A program made the translations under genes and the position numbers. A model generated the notes under the pieces. It ran no database searches. It was not told where the DNA came from and saw nothing but the letters and a program-made list of their open reading frames with translations. Positions 50,299 through 63,625 of a stretch of DNA of 63,625 nucleotides are shown one piece after another (within the stretch, counting starts at the first letter, position 1; every line of letters begins with the position of its first letter). This stretch comes from Octopus bimaculoides (taxonomy: Eukaryota). The DNA is taken from contig NC_068984.1 in assembly GCF_001194135.2 (NCBI RefSeq), forward strand, positions 128,908,601 through 128,972,225. The letters are read 5' to 3'.

Positions 50299-50628
50299 TG
50301 TTGTTGGCACTCCGTGAAATTAACGTGCAAGTGGCTGAGCACTCCACAGACACGTGTACCCTTAACGAAGTTCTCGGGGATATTCAGCGTGACACAGTGT
50401 GACAAGGCTGACCCTTTGAATTACAGGCACAACAGAAACAGGAAGTAAGAGTGAGAGAAAGTTGTCGTGAAAGAGTACAGCAGGGTTCGCCACCATCCCC
50501 TGCCGGAGCCTCGTGGAGCTTTAGGTGTTTTTGCTCAATAAACACTCACAACGCCCGGTCTGGGAATCGAAACCGCAATCCTACGACCGCGAGTCCGCTG
50601 CCCTAACCACTGGGCCATTGCGCCTCCA
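50299..50628 (-). mobile_element. tRNA-derived SINE family C with a ~55-bp deletion near the 3' end
   Basis: TSD gaataactat at 50289-50298 / 50631-50640. The deletion joins ctccgt to gaaattaacg at a cgt microhomology. Confidence 0.9.
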
Positions 50629-53600
50629 CAGAATAACTATAACAACAACTATAAAAAATGAAATTATCATCGTGTAGCGTCCTTTTCCTGTATTTTTTCT
50701 TCTTATGAGAATGACATCTACTACCCCGGACTTACTTCTTACTCGTCATTCTTGAACTCCCTTCGTGCTTGTCTTATGAAATAAGGCAGAAACCAAACAT
50801 TCATTCTTTTAAATAATGTACAACTGACGAACCCCCCACTAAGTAACAGATCCTACCCACTTCAAGCAAATTCTTTAAGTTCCATATATATCCCAGCCAG
50901 AAAACCTGTCTTCAACTTTTTCAATCCGGAAGCGTCCTTTTTATTTCTGAGCAAGACTTGTACACTAAATATAATAGTAGACTGAGTCATAAAGCATAGT
51001 TTTCGTTATTTTTCCACGTCCGTGTGGAATGCATGTAATGTTGAAGTAAGTTAATATTTGAAATATCAATAATGACAGCCTAAACTGTGATATTTTGCTT
51101 AATGATCAATGAAGGAATAATGAAGTGGATTCAGTAATGAAGTACTATAATTCATGATTGATATAGCCCTTTTTACTAACTTCAGTCAGTAATTTGATCT
51201 ATTAATTGAGCTGTGGTATTAAACAATAAAGAAAGCATTAGATTAGACAACATATTCCATCTCGGTAATTTTCCCAGAGATCTGTAATCAAAGTTTTGGT
51301 ATGCAAACACCTTGGTTTATAACAGCTTCTTGTGACAGATAGATTACACTACATTCTTTTGAAAATTATAAGGCCTGCTGATTCCCTATTTTTTGTCCAC
51401 AAAAATATTATACAGAAAGAAGAGACGTTTACACTACCAGTCTAATACATACTATTAGTTTAAAATCTATAGATATATTTATAATACAGTATAGCATTGA
51501 AACAAAACATTGTTAATGTACCAGTAAATTTATTATTCGAACTGCCAAGAATGTTTTATGCATGCAAATCACAACAACCGGTTTACGTTAACCCTTAGTA
51601 ATGGCGAGTTTATAAGCAGTGTCTCTGTGGGTCACTGTGGGTAATTAAAAGAGAGTATTCTGTCACTAAGTAGACTGAAACTGCTCCGGATAACTCCTTT
51701 ACTTTCTACAAATATATCGAAAATATTGTATTTTCAACAGGCGCTTATAAGTTACGTATATCTATCTATACATACAGTGTTATCTAATATCTATAGTTAT
51801 TCTGTTGTACACTATATCCATGATTTACGAATGTTTTCCTTTAGGTGTACCATATTAGACTATTTATTGCTTAACTAATGGAGAGGCCTCTGTTGTTTAA
51901 AATACATTTGTGTATTCAATTTAATATTTTTGTTCAATTGTAGTACTTTCTTTTAAGTTTATTACTCAAGAAAAAAACAACACATTTCCAAATGTAAAAA
52001 TGGTTTTATTCGCTTTTTTTCTCTGTCTGCTTTGGTTTAAAACTCACACTGATCAAAGTCTGACTTTATTCAAGCAGAAATCCTATGAGATTTTGTGGAC
52101 AGTAGCCGACAGAACAATTTCAAATAGACATCAGCAGTCATAGAATCAACGATTTCCATCTGTGAGGTCTGTCCGTATTCAGCAGTCACTATCTTCAATG
52201 ATACAAATTAAGAATACATACTAATAGAGAATGCTTATTTTATCTTTTTTTATTTTTATAAACTTGCATTGATACAGAGTCGGCTATTTAAATAATATTT
52301 ATATTTTTATATGCACTCAGAATAATTTTCTCGGTAAGATTGGAAATAATATTATAACCAAGATTGTATCCTGTACATTGTCTTATAGTGTTCATTGAAC
52401 AAGGAACTCTACCAATTCAAAATAAATAATTGCCTGACTCAGAGAAATGTTTCGATATTTCATTATTTACTTTTTTTACATGTATATGAATTGACGCTTG
52501 TTTTCGCTGGCAGCGAAGGAGAGATGTTTGATAAAAGAAAGTATGCTAAGTGGTTTGTGGTTTGTATTAAATGTAAAACAAAACAAAACAAAAAAACTTA
52601 TCGAAAAGAAAATAATTTAAGAGCCTGAAGACGTCTATTCACAGTAACGAAGAATATGGAGGAGAATTGAATTTTTCCTGATATTTGTATAAGAAGCTTG
52701 GGATTGGACGAAATGTATGTGATAGAAAAGAGAAAGATTATGGAAATTTTATGCAGTATAGTGAATAAAAATATGGACAAGGCCGTCTAGAAGAAAAGTA
52801 TCATTCACTTTACATATTTACACTTTCGAAATACGAACAATTGTCTCTTTTATCATCTCCCCGTCTTCTATTTGAGTTCTACAAATATATCTTCTCTGAA
52901 CTTTACAACATATATAGTGAACATCGGAATTCAACCGAAAACCTCGTCCCTCTTCGACACTTAACCCAAGACACTGTACTACGAACGTTTGATAAATTCT
53001 TCTCTTCTATGAATTATATCCGGGCGAAACTTCCATTCTACGTGTTTTCTGAGTTCCCAGTTTGAATAAATCTACTTTAATCATTTTTATCTTCGGTGAA
53101 CCTAACACATCCTTATGAATTCTGTTTAGGCTCTGCAAGGATAATAGAAAAAGTTGCACATTTTTAACAATGACTGAAATTTCGCTACTCTGTTAACCAG
53201 TTAGCAATCTCACACGAGCTGACAGCACAGAAAACCAATCTCTATATCAAGATCAAATAGAGAAAACTAATGATATTTACTGATCTAGTGCACCATTGGA
53301 AGGACAACATATACACAAAGCAGTTTGAACTATTCTGTCTGAGATTCGAGACTTATGCAAACACTCATCAGTATCAAATGACAGAAATCAGTGATGAAAC
53401 AAAATGATTTGATTAATGATGGCATGGTTAGTATCGCAATCATATTTCTGAAGGTTCGGTTTTGTTGTTCGATAGATCCCATTATGGTGGATAACCCTTT
53501 CGGATCAAGTAGCTTATTTCTGATGTATTTATTCATAACTTCTTTGAGAATCAAAGTTAAATATTACATTCAATACAGAGTATAGACATAGCTGCGCATA

Positions 53601-54892
53601 GTGGCGAATACCAGCGGTGTCAATCAGATTCTGTAGTAAGAAGCGAAAGAGGGAACAGAAAGTATAGACCATGCACATAAACTGAGTTTCTAAAATGTTG
53701 CATTCATACAGGAGTCAAAAATTCATAGTACCGGCATAATGCCTCTCGCAAGGTTTAATTGCAAAACATAATTATTATAGTAAAATTCGAAATCCAAACC
53801 GAAGATAATTATTACGGTGTAATTCAAAATCAGAACACATAAAACGAAGCTAAATATTTGAAGGTATTTAATGAAATGCAAGTCACTTTCTCTCAGCTCC
53901 CCTTCCTCAAGAATGGGCACAAATGCACATCATCGACCTTGGTGGCTAATTTACTGCGTTTCTTTAAGTATTTTCTTTTTAATTTTAGTAATGCAAATGA
54001 CCAATCCTTATATAGGAAATTGATTATATAATTAAGGTTATGTGTAACTTTGAGAGGATCAATATATGGCAATTTTTACTGATTACAAACGACGTATAGA
54101 AGAGTGAAAGGGAATGAATGATGGCTTTGGTTTAAAGTAACTGACCCTCTAAAATATTTTAATATCAATAAAGGTTATTTATAGGAGATGAATACGAAGA
54201 AATGCAATGACGTGTGGATCGCACGAAGGAATCAGCTTCAAAAGGACGAGAGTGTTACAAAGGCATAAGGAATTATTATGCTACAAAGGCATAAAACTGC
54301 CAACAATATAAAGGCTAATTCGAAGATATAGAATGGATTTAAATGGATGAATTACTCTAAATGCCATTTTCCAATCACAATATCAGAACTTTCATTGTAT
54401 ACTTTATTACAGTGATCAATATGGTGCTTTGTTGCAATTTTTTTCATGTATCAGACAAGTTTTAATCATTTCAGTTTCATTAGTTCACCAATTCTTTTTT
54501 CTCTTTTTTACTTTTTGATATTCTGGAATTGAAATAAAGATAGTAATTTAATAGAAGTAGTCACTTTTTAAGGGATCTTATTTTTATTCTATGCTGACAT
54601 GTTATGAAATACTGTCACTTTCTTTTATAATATACATAAGTCCTGAGTTAAGAAAAGCCATATAACACTAAAAAAACGTTTTGTTCCCTTCCATGTTATT
54701 TTCCTTTAAATTTCATTCAATATATTACATATTTATTTCTCACAACACACTAGAATGGCCTACCGATAATAACACTTGTTTTTCGAACTCTTGGATTATT
54801 TTCGTTTATATTTAATAAGGGGAATCTTTTCCGAAATATGATAGAAACAATATATGTAAGGGAATGCAATATCTTGCATTTGATTTGATTTA

Positions 54893-55293
54893 TTCTTTTA
54901 TACTCTAGGCACAAGGCCTGAAATTTTTGGGGAGTGGGGAGCCAGTCGATTAGATCGACCCCATTACGCAACTGGTACTTAATTTATCGACCCCGAAAGG
55001 ATGAAAGGCAAAGTCGACCTCGGCAGAATTTGAACTCAGAACTAAAGACAGACGAAATACCTATTTCTTTATTGCCCACAAGGGATTAAACATAGAGGGG
55101 ACAAATAAGGACAGACAAAGGGATTAAGTCGATTACATCGACCCCAGTGCGTAACTGGTACTTAATTTATCGACCCCCGAAAGGATGAAAGGCAAAGTCG
55201 ACCTCGGCGGAATTTGAACTCAGAACGTAAAGACAGACGAAATACCGCTAAGCATTTCGCCCGGCGCGCTAACGTTTCTGCCAGCTCGCCGCC
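54893..55293 (-). mobile_element. Head-to-tail family A SINE dimer (full long-tail copy fused to a headless short-tail copy)
   Basis: Junction ...gacagacgaaatacc|tatttctttattgcccacaaggg at about 55041. Confidence 0.85.
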
Positions 55294-55960
55294 TTCAATT
55301 TGATTATATCTACTGATATCGCCTTACCTATTTTCTGAAATTTCTCACCTATATTGTTCAAAGATTTAAAAACAGCACTTATATCATTTACTCGGTACAG
55401 CTCAAGCAAATTACAATACTATTTTATATTTATTTCCTGTCCTACATTCGTTTGAAATACGGTCAAACACCTCGTACTTTCATCACTTTTAACTGAATTA
55501 TTTTTCGCGCTGTCATTTTTCTTTGTTCAGTCATCATGGTATACATCCATAGCTCCCTGCCTCTTTCATTATCAGCGAGCCATCTTATATTGTATCAGCT
55601 CTCTTTTCCTGTTCACATTACTTTTATCGGTTTATCAAACAGTGTTTCAGTATTCATTTATTGACGTCTATGAATTATATAGCTATTGATGTGCAAATAC
55701 ATCTTATTTGTACTGATATGAGAGAATTGATACAAAGCATTAATTATTTATACCTGTTAATTAGGATTTCAAATGTCGATAAGTAGCCGAATCTATGATA
55801 TTCCAAACGATTCGTGTTCAAGAAGTATTAGTTCCTCAATTAGTAACTGTTAAATAAATCATAATCTATCAGTCTAAGATTACATAAAAAATATTAATTA
55901 CAGTAAAGACACTAATAAGCATTTAGCTAATAACTAAAATAACGAAATGTTGATGTCGAT

Positions 55961-56306
55961 CAGGGGTTCTCAACCATATTTTACCAATGGACCCCTTTGA
56001 TTACAACATTATTCTGGCGGACCCTTATAGACATTCGATGTTTAAAACCTAGTTTTATAGAAACTTTCAAAATCCTTATTTTGTTTTTAACGCATTAACT
56101 TGTATAGTTTGAACTATGTAAAACGTTAGAGAAAGAAATCTAGCTCTTTCTTACATTACATAACAATATATACATATAAAGCAAAATGTTTACAGGAGCC
56201 CTTAAAACAATATTGTGAATCCCGAATTTACTCTTCTATTGTGTGGACCCCCGAAAATCTTACATAGACCTTCGGGGGCCATATGAACCCCGGTTGAGTA
56301 CCACTG
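55961..56306. mobile_element. hAT-type MITE, 346 bp
   Basis: TIRs caggggttctcaacc and ggttgagtaccactg; 8-bp TSD atgtcgat / atgtagat. Confidence 0.88.
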
Positions 56307-57087
56307 ATGTAGATGAAGCTGTATCTTTTTCATACGGTGTGTATTTTTATAATTGAAACATAGCGCATTGTTTGGAGGGATTAAGCATTAAACTTTGGTT
56401 TGGAAATAGTGCTAACATGAAAGTATATTTTAAAACCGATATTGGAAAATAAGACTATGTAAACTTGCACTTACAAACAATGGAGATGCGCCTGGCAGAA
56501 TAAATTATGTACAGATAACTAGATGAATACATCAATAGGTTTTATAGCCGTAGATACATACATACATACATATAGAAAATGTGTTTGTGTATGTGTGTGT
56601 GCTACAAATTGGTGCAAACAGATGGAGCAGGAAACAAATAAATAGATAAACAGAACGATAGTGAAAGAACATGCCAGGAATGAAATTTAATGGCCACAAG
56701 CTGTTATTTCCATATGGAATATTCTCACAGCGTAAATGTTGAAGAGGTGGTAAGCTGCGAGGTAACAAAAGAAAGAATACAATGGAGTTTGTGCTGCTGA
56801 TATGGAGGAAAGATACTACTTCTAAAAAGTGATCTGTTAGATTTACATTATATACTTCATAATAATTTGAATTCAAGTCACAAGTGCATTGTGATTATTA
56901 ACCATACATGACCTGCTTTAAGTACTGCAACCTACACGTTAATTTGATCGGAGAAATAAGTTGTTTACAGCAGCAGTTCTTCGTTTTTATTGTATATGTA
57001 TATAATAAAAAAGAACTACTGTATGAGATGTTGAATGATCTAGGCCGATCTGACATCGAGATAAAAATGTTTTGTGTCTTGAAATAA

Positions 57088-57196
57088 TGTAAACAGGAAC
57101 TGACGTCAGTTGAATAGAAATGAGAAATTACTTCGAAAGTTCAATTCTACGAAATAGAAATAAAAGAGGGTAACCGTACTGTGGGATAAAGTAAGT
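57088..57196 (+). promoter_or_regulatory. Possible promoter and first exon: forkhead site, full CRE overlapping a TCAGTT initiator, GTAAGT donor
   Basis: TGTAAACA at 57088-57095, TGACGTCA at 57101-57108 within a 14-bp palindrome, GTAAGT at 57191. Motif coincidence only. Confidence 0.22.
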
Positions 57197-57373
57197 GTAT
57201 GTGTGTATGTGTGATGGTGTAGGGGTTACAATTGAAAGTGAAAAAGAAATGTTGTGAAGAAAACAACGAAATAACATATGCATTTATGTTTTCTAAAAGA
57301 GTCTATCTTTCTTGATAGAGAGAGAACGTATGTTCTTATTATTGAAATTGAATGTTATCCATATGCAATTATG

Positions 57374-57417
<44 letters not shown>

Positions 57418-57821
57418 ACAGCACAAACATAGACTCACGTTTGTAATGCTACATGAAGAACACCATCTCTGTGTCTACATTTCTGAATATCTTCAGAATG
57501 TTTCAAAAGTGAAAGAGGTTACTTCCCTGATAAACTCACCTCTGAAATATCTAATGTGAGGGATCAAAATGTAGAGGGTTAAATCTCAGTTACGTCTCAC
57601 AAATAACGTATACTGACATTATCTCTAACGTATCTCAAGCAAAAGGGCACGATATGAAAGGTTACTTCCTCATTAATCTCAACTCAAAACAATCTGAAGT
57701 GAAGGTAATGATCAGATGGAATGCCTCCTTGTTCCCTTAAATCCAAAATACCGAAAGTAACAGGCGCTATTTATAGATTGTTTCCTTATCAAATTCGCGT
57801 TTGATATATTTAAAGTATAAA

Positions 57822-58033
57822 GACGGCGAGCTGGCAGAAACGTTAGCACGCCGGGCGAAATGCTTAGCCGTATTTCGTCTGCCGTTACGTTCTGAGTTCA
57901 TATTCCGCCGAGGTCGACTTTGCCTTTCATCCTTTCGGGGTCGATAAATTAAGTACCAGTTACATACTGGGATCGATCTAATCGACTGGACCCTCCCCAA
58001 AAATTTCGGGCCTCATACCTAGAGTAGAAAAGA
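57822..58033 (+). mobile_element. Family A SINE, short-tail type, young
   Basis: 18-bp TSD atatatttaaagtataaa at 57804-57821 / 58034-58051. Confidence 0.92.
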
Positions 58034-58059
58034 ATATATTTAAAGTATAAATGGTATTA

Positions 58060-58230
58060 AGGTGGCATTCTGGCAGAATCGTTAGTACGCCGGACAAAAT
58101 GCTTAGCGGTATTTTGTCCGTCTTTACGTTCTGGGTTCAAATTCCGTCGATGTCTACTTTGCTTTTCATCCTTTCGGGATCGATAAAATAAGTACCAGTT
58201 GAGCATTGAGATCGGTGTAATCGACATACT
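58060..58230 (+). mobile_element. Family A SINE
   Basis: Head and core homologous to 57822-58033. Confidence 0.82.
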
Positions 58231-59324
58231 CCCTTTTTGAAATCAATATATTTAAAATGAAAGGTACAATAGGGGTGGTAGTATTTTCCTGTTGACCCTC
58301 TCTTTAACATATTGAGGGCACTTCATGAAGAGCTTCTTAACTGTTCATCCATCCGGGTAATAACATATCTAAACTAGAGTACGATTTTTAAATCTACTTC
58401 CATGGCACCTTAGATGTAGGGGTGGATTTCATTTCAAACATATATAAATTGAAAGATATATTCCGGATAGGTACTTCTCTGTTTATCTTAGCTTTGATAT
58501 TTCCAAAATGAAAGGGCATTATTGCTGAGGCTACATCTCTTTAACCTCAGATCTAACAAATTTAAAGTAAACGGTACATTCTGGAAGGTTACGTTTCTTT
58601 GGACTTCTGCTCTAACTTTATTAAAATAAAGGCTAAAATTTGTAGGATTATATTTATGCTGCATTGATATCATACCTAATTCGAAGGTGCAAATTGTTTA
58701 GTTACTTTTTTTCTAATCTAAACTTATCTAAACAGAAGGACACAAACAATTTAGTCAAATACTTTTCTACAGACTTCAGTTTAAATATGTCTAAGATAAA
58801 TGGCACAATGTGGAAGGCTACATTAATGCTAACCTTTATTATAATGTATCTGTAGCGAATGGTCAATCTGAAGAGTTATTTCTATATTAAAATCAGCTGT
58901 GATAAAGGCAAAATAATGGACCAACATGTTTCGTTATTTCTCTGTGGATATAATCTCTGAGACATCTGGAGTAAAGGATCACAGTACGAAAAATGTCTTC
59001 CCGTTAAACTTGGAATCTGGACTGGTTACTTTTCTGCTGATGTCTAAGTTATCAAACGTGATAAACACAAATTGGTGGGTTACTTTTTCTACTGGTCTCA
59101 TCTCTTGCAGCATATAGATTGTTACTTCTTTGTTGAGCTCAGCTATGTTTTATCTGAAATGAAGGCACACTTAGAAAGGTAAATATCAACATTCAAGAAA
59201 CAGCCAGAAAGATGGCCAAAGGGCATCGAACAAAATGGAAAATATGTAATTGATTCAAGTTCTTCTTTGAATGAAAACAAAATGACTTTTATTTTACACT
59301 TAAAAACCGAAACTACTTCCTTGT

Positions 59325-59465
59325 CAACCCAATATTTATTTTATCGATTCCAAAAGAAGAAATGGTAAAGCTGACTTCGGCAGAATTTGAACTCAGAACG
59401 TAAAGACGGACGAAATACCGTTAAACGTTTTGACCGGTGTGATAATGATTCTGTAAGATAGCTGC
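59325..59465 (-). mobile_element. Family A SINE, partial
   Basis: ggcagaatttgaactcagaacgtaaagacggacgaaataccg. Confidence 0.75.
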
Positions 59466-60959
59466 CTAATCAGAAAGAAATATTATCAGCAAATAGAGTA
59501 AATTTGAAACTCAACCTGCTAGAAATAACAACCAAATCTCCCTTGAATCACATACTGCTCGCTCTCCTTGAAAAGTAAAGGGCATTGGCTAATTAATCCT
59601 AATACAGTTAAAACGAGAAGATGATTGCAACTGGACTATCTTTAATTAAAGGTCTGGAGTTAAAGAAAAAAAACCCAGCAAATAATGGCTTCAAAATGTC
59701 TTTTACATTAATTCCACATCCTGTGATCTGTTATATCCTATAAGATCCCACATTCTGTATTATATTCAGATCAAAATATTCACTTGTTGGTTAACTGCCA
59801 CCGTTCTGTCAACATGTCACACTACTATGAAATGTCTATATACACTATACCTTATTGGTTTATTTTTTTCCATTCTATAGATCAAAAAATATTTACCGTT
59901 AAATTTGTTTGGACACTTCTAGCTCCATCATTTCCGAGGGTATTGGAACATCTATTATTGAGATTACAAGCGAAATTCACTTGTAAAATTGTTCATTACA
60001 GAGATGAATGTAGCTATAGTATGATAAAAGGAAAGTGCTTTCACAATGGGTCTTCTTTTGACCAATAACAAGCTAATCTTTGTAAATAAGTGAAAAGCCC
60101 ATTGAACCGAAATTTCAATTGGTGAAGCTTAAAAGTAACTCAATATTTACTAACGGTTATATCAATGGAATAGCGTTTAAGATCATCAGCAATTTCTACT
60201 GTAATTATGTTGACTGCAATTTTGATCCTTAGCTTATCCAATTCCTAAGTGGTCTGGATTATTTTGTTTCTTTTTCATTTCCTCTGCTACCAGGGAAATA
60301 CTATCATGATTTACTACTCGACGCAATCAATACGTAACATCATCAAAGAAATTAAAATCACTCTGTCATGATCTGCTAATAGGAACAGACAATACTTATC
60401 ATCATCATAGGAACTCTAAACGTTGCTGTCATGGTGTATAACCCGCTGCATTTCTCATGGAGGGAGTATACATACCGAATAATTCTTCTTGCAGTTTCAT
60501 ACAAATTACCTCACGAAAAGAGCTGTATTATTGTTCTGCTGTGAGTTGACATCTTCTCCAGCGTATTACGAAGCTTATATATACTTGTTTCTCGAGTGAA
60601 TTAGAAATTTCTATTTGTTGCCATACTTTATTGCACCTAGGAATTATGCTATTTTACTCTTTTACCTGCGAGATGTTGCTATGCTAGGTCTCTGCCATTG
60701 TGCACACATAATTGATATATTTTTGTAGAATCAAGATAATATATTAGTTCCTCTATTGGCATTTCATTCGAGCCGAGATAAATTACATAACCATATAATA
60801 TATCATCATTTGTTTTCATTTATACAACACGCTTATAACATCGTTCCCGATCCATTTTATCTTTCTCTATCTTGTATCTTCCCCTTTCCATTTCAATCTC
60901 GCTATTTTCACAATTATTTTCTTCAACTCCCACGTGACATTTTCATTCATCGCTTTTCT

Positions 60960-60987
60960 TCTCCCCCCCTCTCTCTCTCTCTCTCTT

Positions 60988-61080
<93 letters not shown>
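60960..61080 (+). repeat. (CT)n microsatellite
   Basis: Direct reading. Confidence 0.97.
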
Positions 61081-61206
61081 TACACATATTCAATGTATCT
61101 ATTTCATTTTATCTTCAATCCTGTAGAGAACTCTTTTACATTTCTCATACTTTCTTCATTTCTTAACCATCACTTCTGTTAAGTTAATATTTCCAGTATT
61201 TTTGCG

Positions 61207-61656
61207 ATCTCTGTGGGTGAAGAGGAGATAACCATTTTGTTAGGGGGCGCTGTGAACTACGTCAATGTATTTACACCTATTTGCTTACACCGGGAAATGT
61301 ATCCGTGACAAAACACAGTAAATGGCTTTCTTACGCCTCAACCACTAACGAGTTTGCATTTATACACATCACTACTTGACGCTGTCACTCAGTATCTTAA
61401 TTACGACCAGCCGCTGAATAGTGCAACCAGTCACTGAAAGATGAAGGGAATATCATAAGAGGGACTTGTCTCTCGTGTCAGTTCGCAGCTTCTGCCTTTC
61501 AGGTCTCTGTTACTGAAGAGGAGATAACTACTCCGCAATGCACGCATCCAACAGTCTGGTTAGGGAGCGCTGTGAGTTCACTCGTCGTATTTAAACTTAT
61601 TTATCTACAACGAGATATTTTCTCTATGATAAAATACAGAGAATGGCTTTATTACG
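61207..61656 (+). mobile_element. Retrozyme-like tandem repeat, ~320-nt unit x ~1.5, with a hammerhead at each unit start
   Basis: 61241-61335 aligns with 61561-61656 at roughly 70-75% with a single indel. tgaagaggagataac occurs at 61218 and 61514. Confidence 0.72.
61507..61554 (+). ncRNA. Type I hammerhead ribozyme, near-intact (A13C; 1.1-2.1 mismatch)
   Basis: CUGUU-A-CUGAAGA-GGAG AUAACUA CUCC-GCAA-UGC AC GCAU-C-C-AACAG. Confidence 0.75.
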
Positions 61657-61682
61657 GTTTGGAAAATTCACACACACACACG

Positions 61683-61726
<44 letters not shown>

Positions 61727-61736
61727 NNNNNNNNNN

Positions 61737-61776
<40 letters not shown>

Positions 61777-63021
61777 TATGTGGAGAATTTTAACTGGGGA
61801 AAACTGTCACCTACAGTTGCTTCCGGAGTAAAGGTGGGAGAGAGTTTACTGAGAGATAAAAGAGAAGGTAAATATGAATATATATGTAAATTTGAATGTG
61901 TGTGCATACACACACTCACACACACAAGAATGTATACATGAATATGTGTGTGTGCGTATGTGTGTGTTCTTTCCTATCGATCATTCATTTATTCATTCCC
62001 TGTTAATTGTCATTGCGTCTCCTTGACTTTTCTATTTATACTCGTTTACTCTAGTTAGATTTCCTTAAAAGGAAGCAGTTCTTACCTATAGACAACATTT
62101 CTGCATTGATACATAGCCAGGTGATATTTCTGCAAGATATTTTGCAGCTTCGGTCTGCTTTATGTTTAAGTTAATATTTAAAGAAATTGTTACTTAACGA
62201 GTGTTTTATTACTTATCTTAATTCTCCTTACAAATTACATATTTTCGCTTTCATTTTCCGTCCTCTAACTTCTTTTACGTGACTGAATCTATAAAGCCTA
62301 TACAACATAATGGCAAAATATATCCTTTAAGACTAATCTCCTTTTGTACTTTCAGCGCTATTCAGTTCAATAGAACAGTATCTCAATAGTTAATAGTTTG
62401 ACAACACACATACAAAAAAGAAAGTCCTTAACCTAGATTCTATGAGAAGGAAAAAAAGCGATAACAATTAGAACACAGCAACAAATATTGTCATGAATAA
62501 AAAGCCATGAAATCGAAATCAATAGCAAAAGTTTCATCAAAGGAAATGCATTGTACACCAGAAGAGACGCAGTCGAATTTTCTCTATAGCTGGATTTTAA
62601 ATTCTAATCAGATTAAGAATCATTGATTTTGGTTAACAGGTACACTATTCTCTTGAAAACGGAGTTTGTCTAACATTTGATTTAATCAATCCCAGTATTT
62701 CAACAATCCTAGAGGACTGAGAGACTGTATTAAACATCGGGACGAGTTTAACTTGAAAGCATCTCATATGGCAGTTGCCTAAAATTTAGTTCTTTGTGCA
62801 CGACGCCATTTGTGCTGTATGGAAGAATATCTAGTAATATGGTGACGTACATGCTTTTCCCAAGAGCTTTAACGATGATATGAAGTGAAATGAATTGCTT
62901 TCAAACGGGATTCAAATATAGATTGTGGCATCAGCTCCTTAAAAACTCATATTTCGCTCTATAATTATGGTCAACCTTGAAGATTAATACGAAAGCAAAA
63001 CTAATAATCCTTTCTCTTAAA

Positions 63022-63222
63022 GGTACAAACCTTGAAATTTTGGTGGAGGGGACTAGTCGACTACATCGACCCCAATGTTTCACTGGTATTTAATTCATCG
63101 ACCCCGAAAGGATGAACGGCAAAGTCGACCTCGGCGGAATTTGAACTCAGAACGTATGGATGGACGAAATGCCGCTAAGTATTTTACCCGGCGTGCTAAC
63201 GATTGTGCCAGCTCGAAGTCTT
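63022..63222 (-). mobile_element. Family A SINE, short-tail type
   Basis: ggactagtcgactacatcgacccc...catcgaccccgaaaggatgaacggcaaagtcgacctcggcgg...ccagctcg. Confidence 0.88.
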
Positions 63223-63559
63223 AAAGCAAAACTAATAATGCAAACATTTTTAGACGTTTTAACACATTAAAATCGTTTATAATTTCATTTATAATTTCAG
63301 AGTAGTGAAGATAACTAAGCTGTTAAAAGTCTTGTTTTATTGTGATTTGTTTGCACTAATATCATATTAGAACTGTATTAAAATGTTGTACATATCAACT
63401 GGCTATGTTGAGAAAATATATTCTTTAATACAGCTTTTTTTCGTACGAATGACGTTGACGGGGTCAGTATTTCAAAAATTACTGAAATTTTGGTAGTAAT
63501 TTCTAAGACATTTGAAGAAACTACTTTGTCAATTTCGACCATAGAAATATACCTACGCA

Positions 63560-63567
63560 CGCACGCA

Positions 63568-63625
<58 letters not shown>
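63560..63625 (+). repeat. (CA)n microsatellite running off the window end
   Basis: Direct reading. Confidence 0.97.

Noticed and set aside
58960-59140. Minus-strand frame IAELNKEVTIYMLQEMRPVEK...
   Set aside because: Protein-like by eye, but it has no start or usable acceptor in frame and no recognisable family.

Overview
This is an AT-rich, microsatellite-saturated stretch of animal nuclear DNA with ten N-gaps, most of them flanked by microsatellites. The tRNA-derived SINE families and repeat landscape point to an octopus or other coleoid cephalopod (inference). I find no intact protein-coding gene, and almost all ORFs in the track are microsatellite or N artefacts. The window is intergenic or deep intronic and built from transposon debris. 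That debris includes four tRNA-SINE families, restriction-like-endonuclease (RLE) retrotransposon fragments (R4/Dong, HERO-like), RTE, CR1-group and Tx1-like LINE fragments, a hAT transposase fossil, a rearranged mariner and four MITEs. The most interesting signal is a set of hammerhead ribozyme (HHR) motifs. Two have intact cores (18429-18481 minus, 25100-25134 plus) and three are near-intact (10062-10102, 24870-24905, 61507-61554). The last of these sits in a ~320-nt tandem unit resembling a non-LTR retrozyme. Other highlights are an R4/Dong lineage apparently targeting (CATA)n, a 268-bp loopless palindrome, and a Merlin-like MITE carrying TTAGGG repeats.
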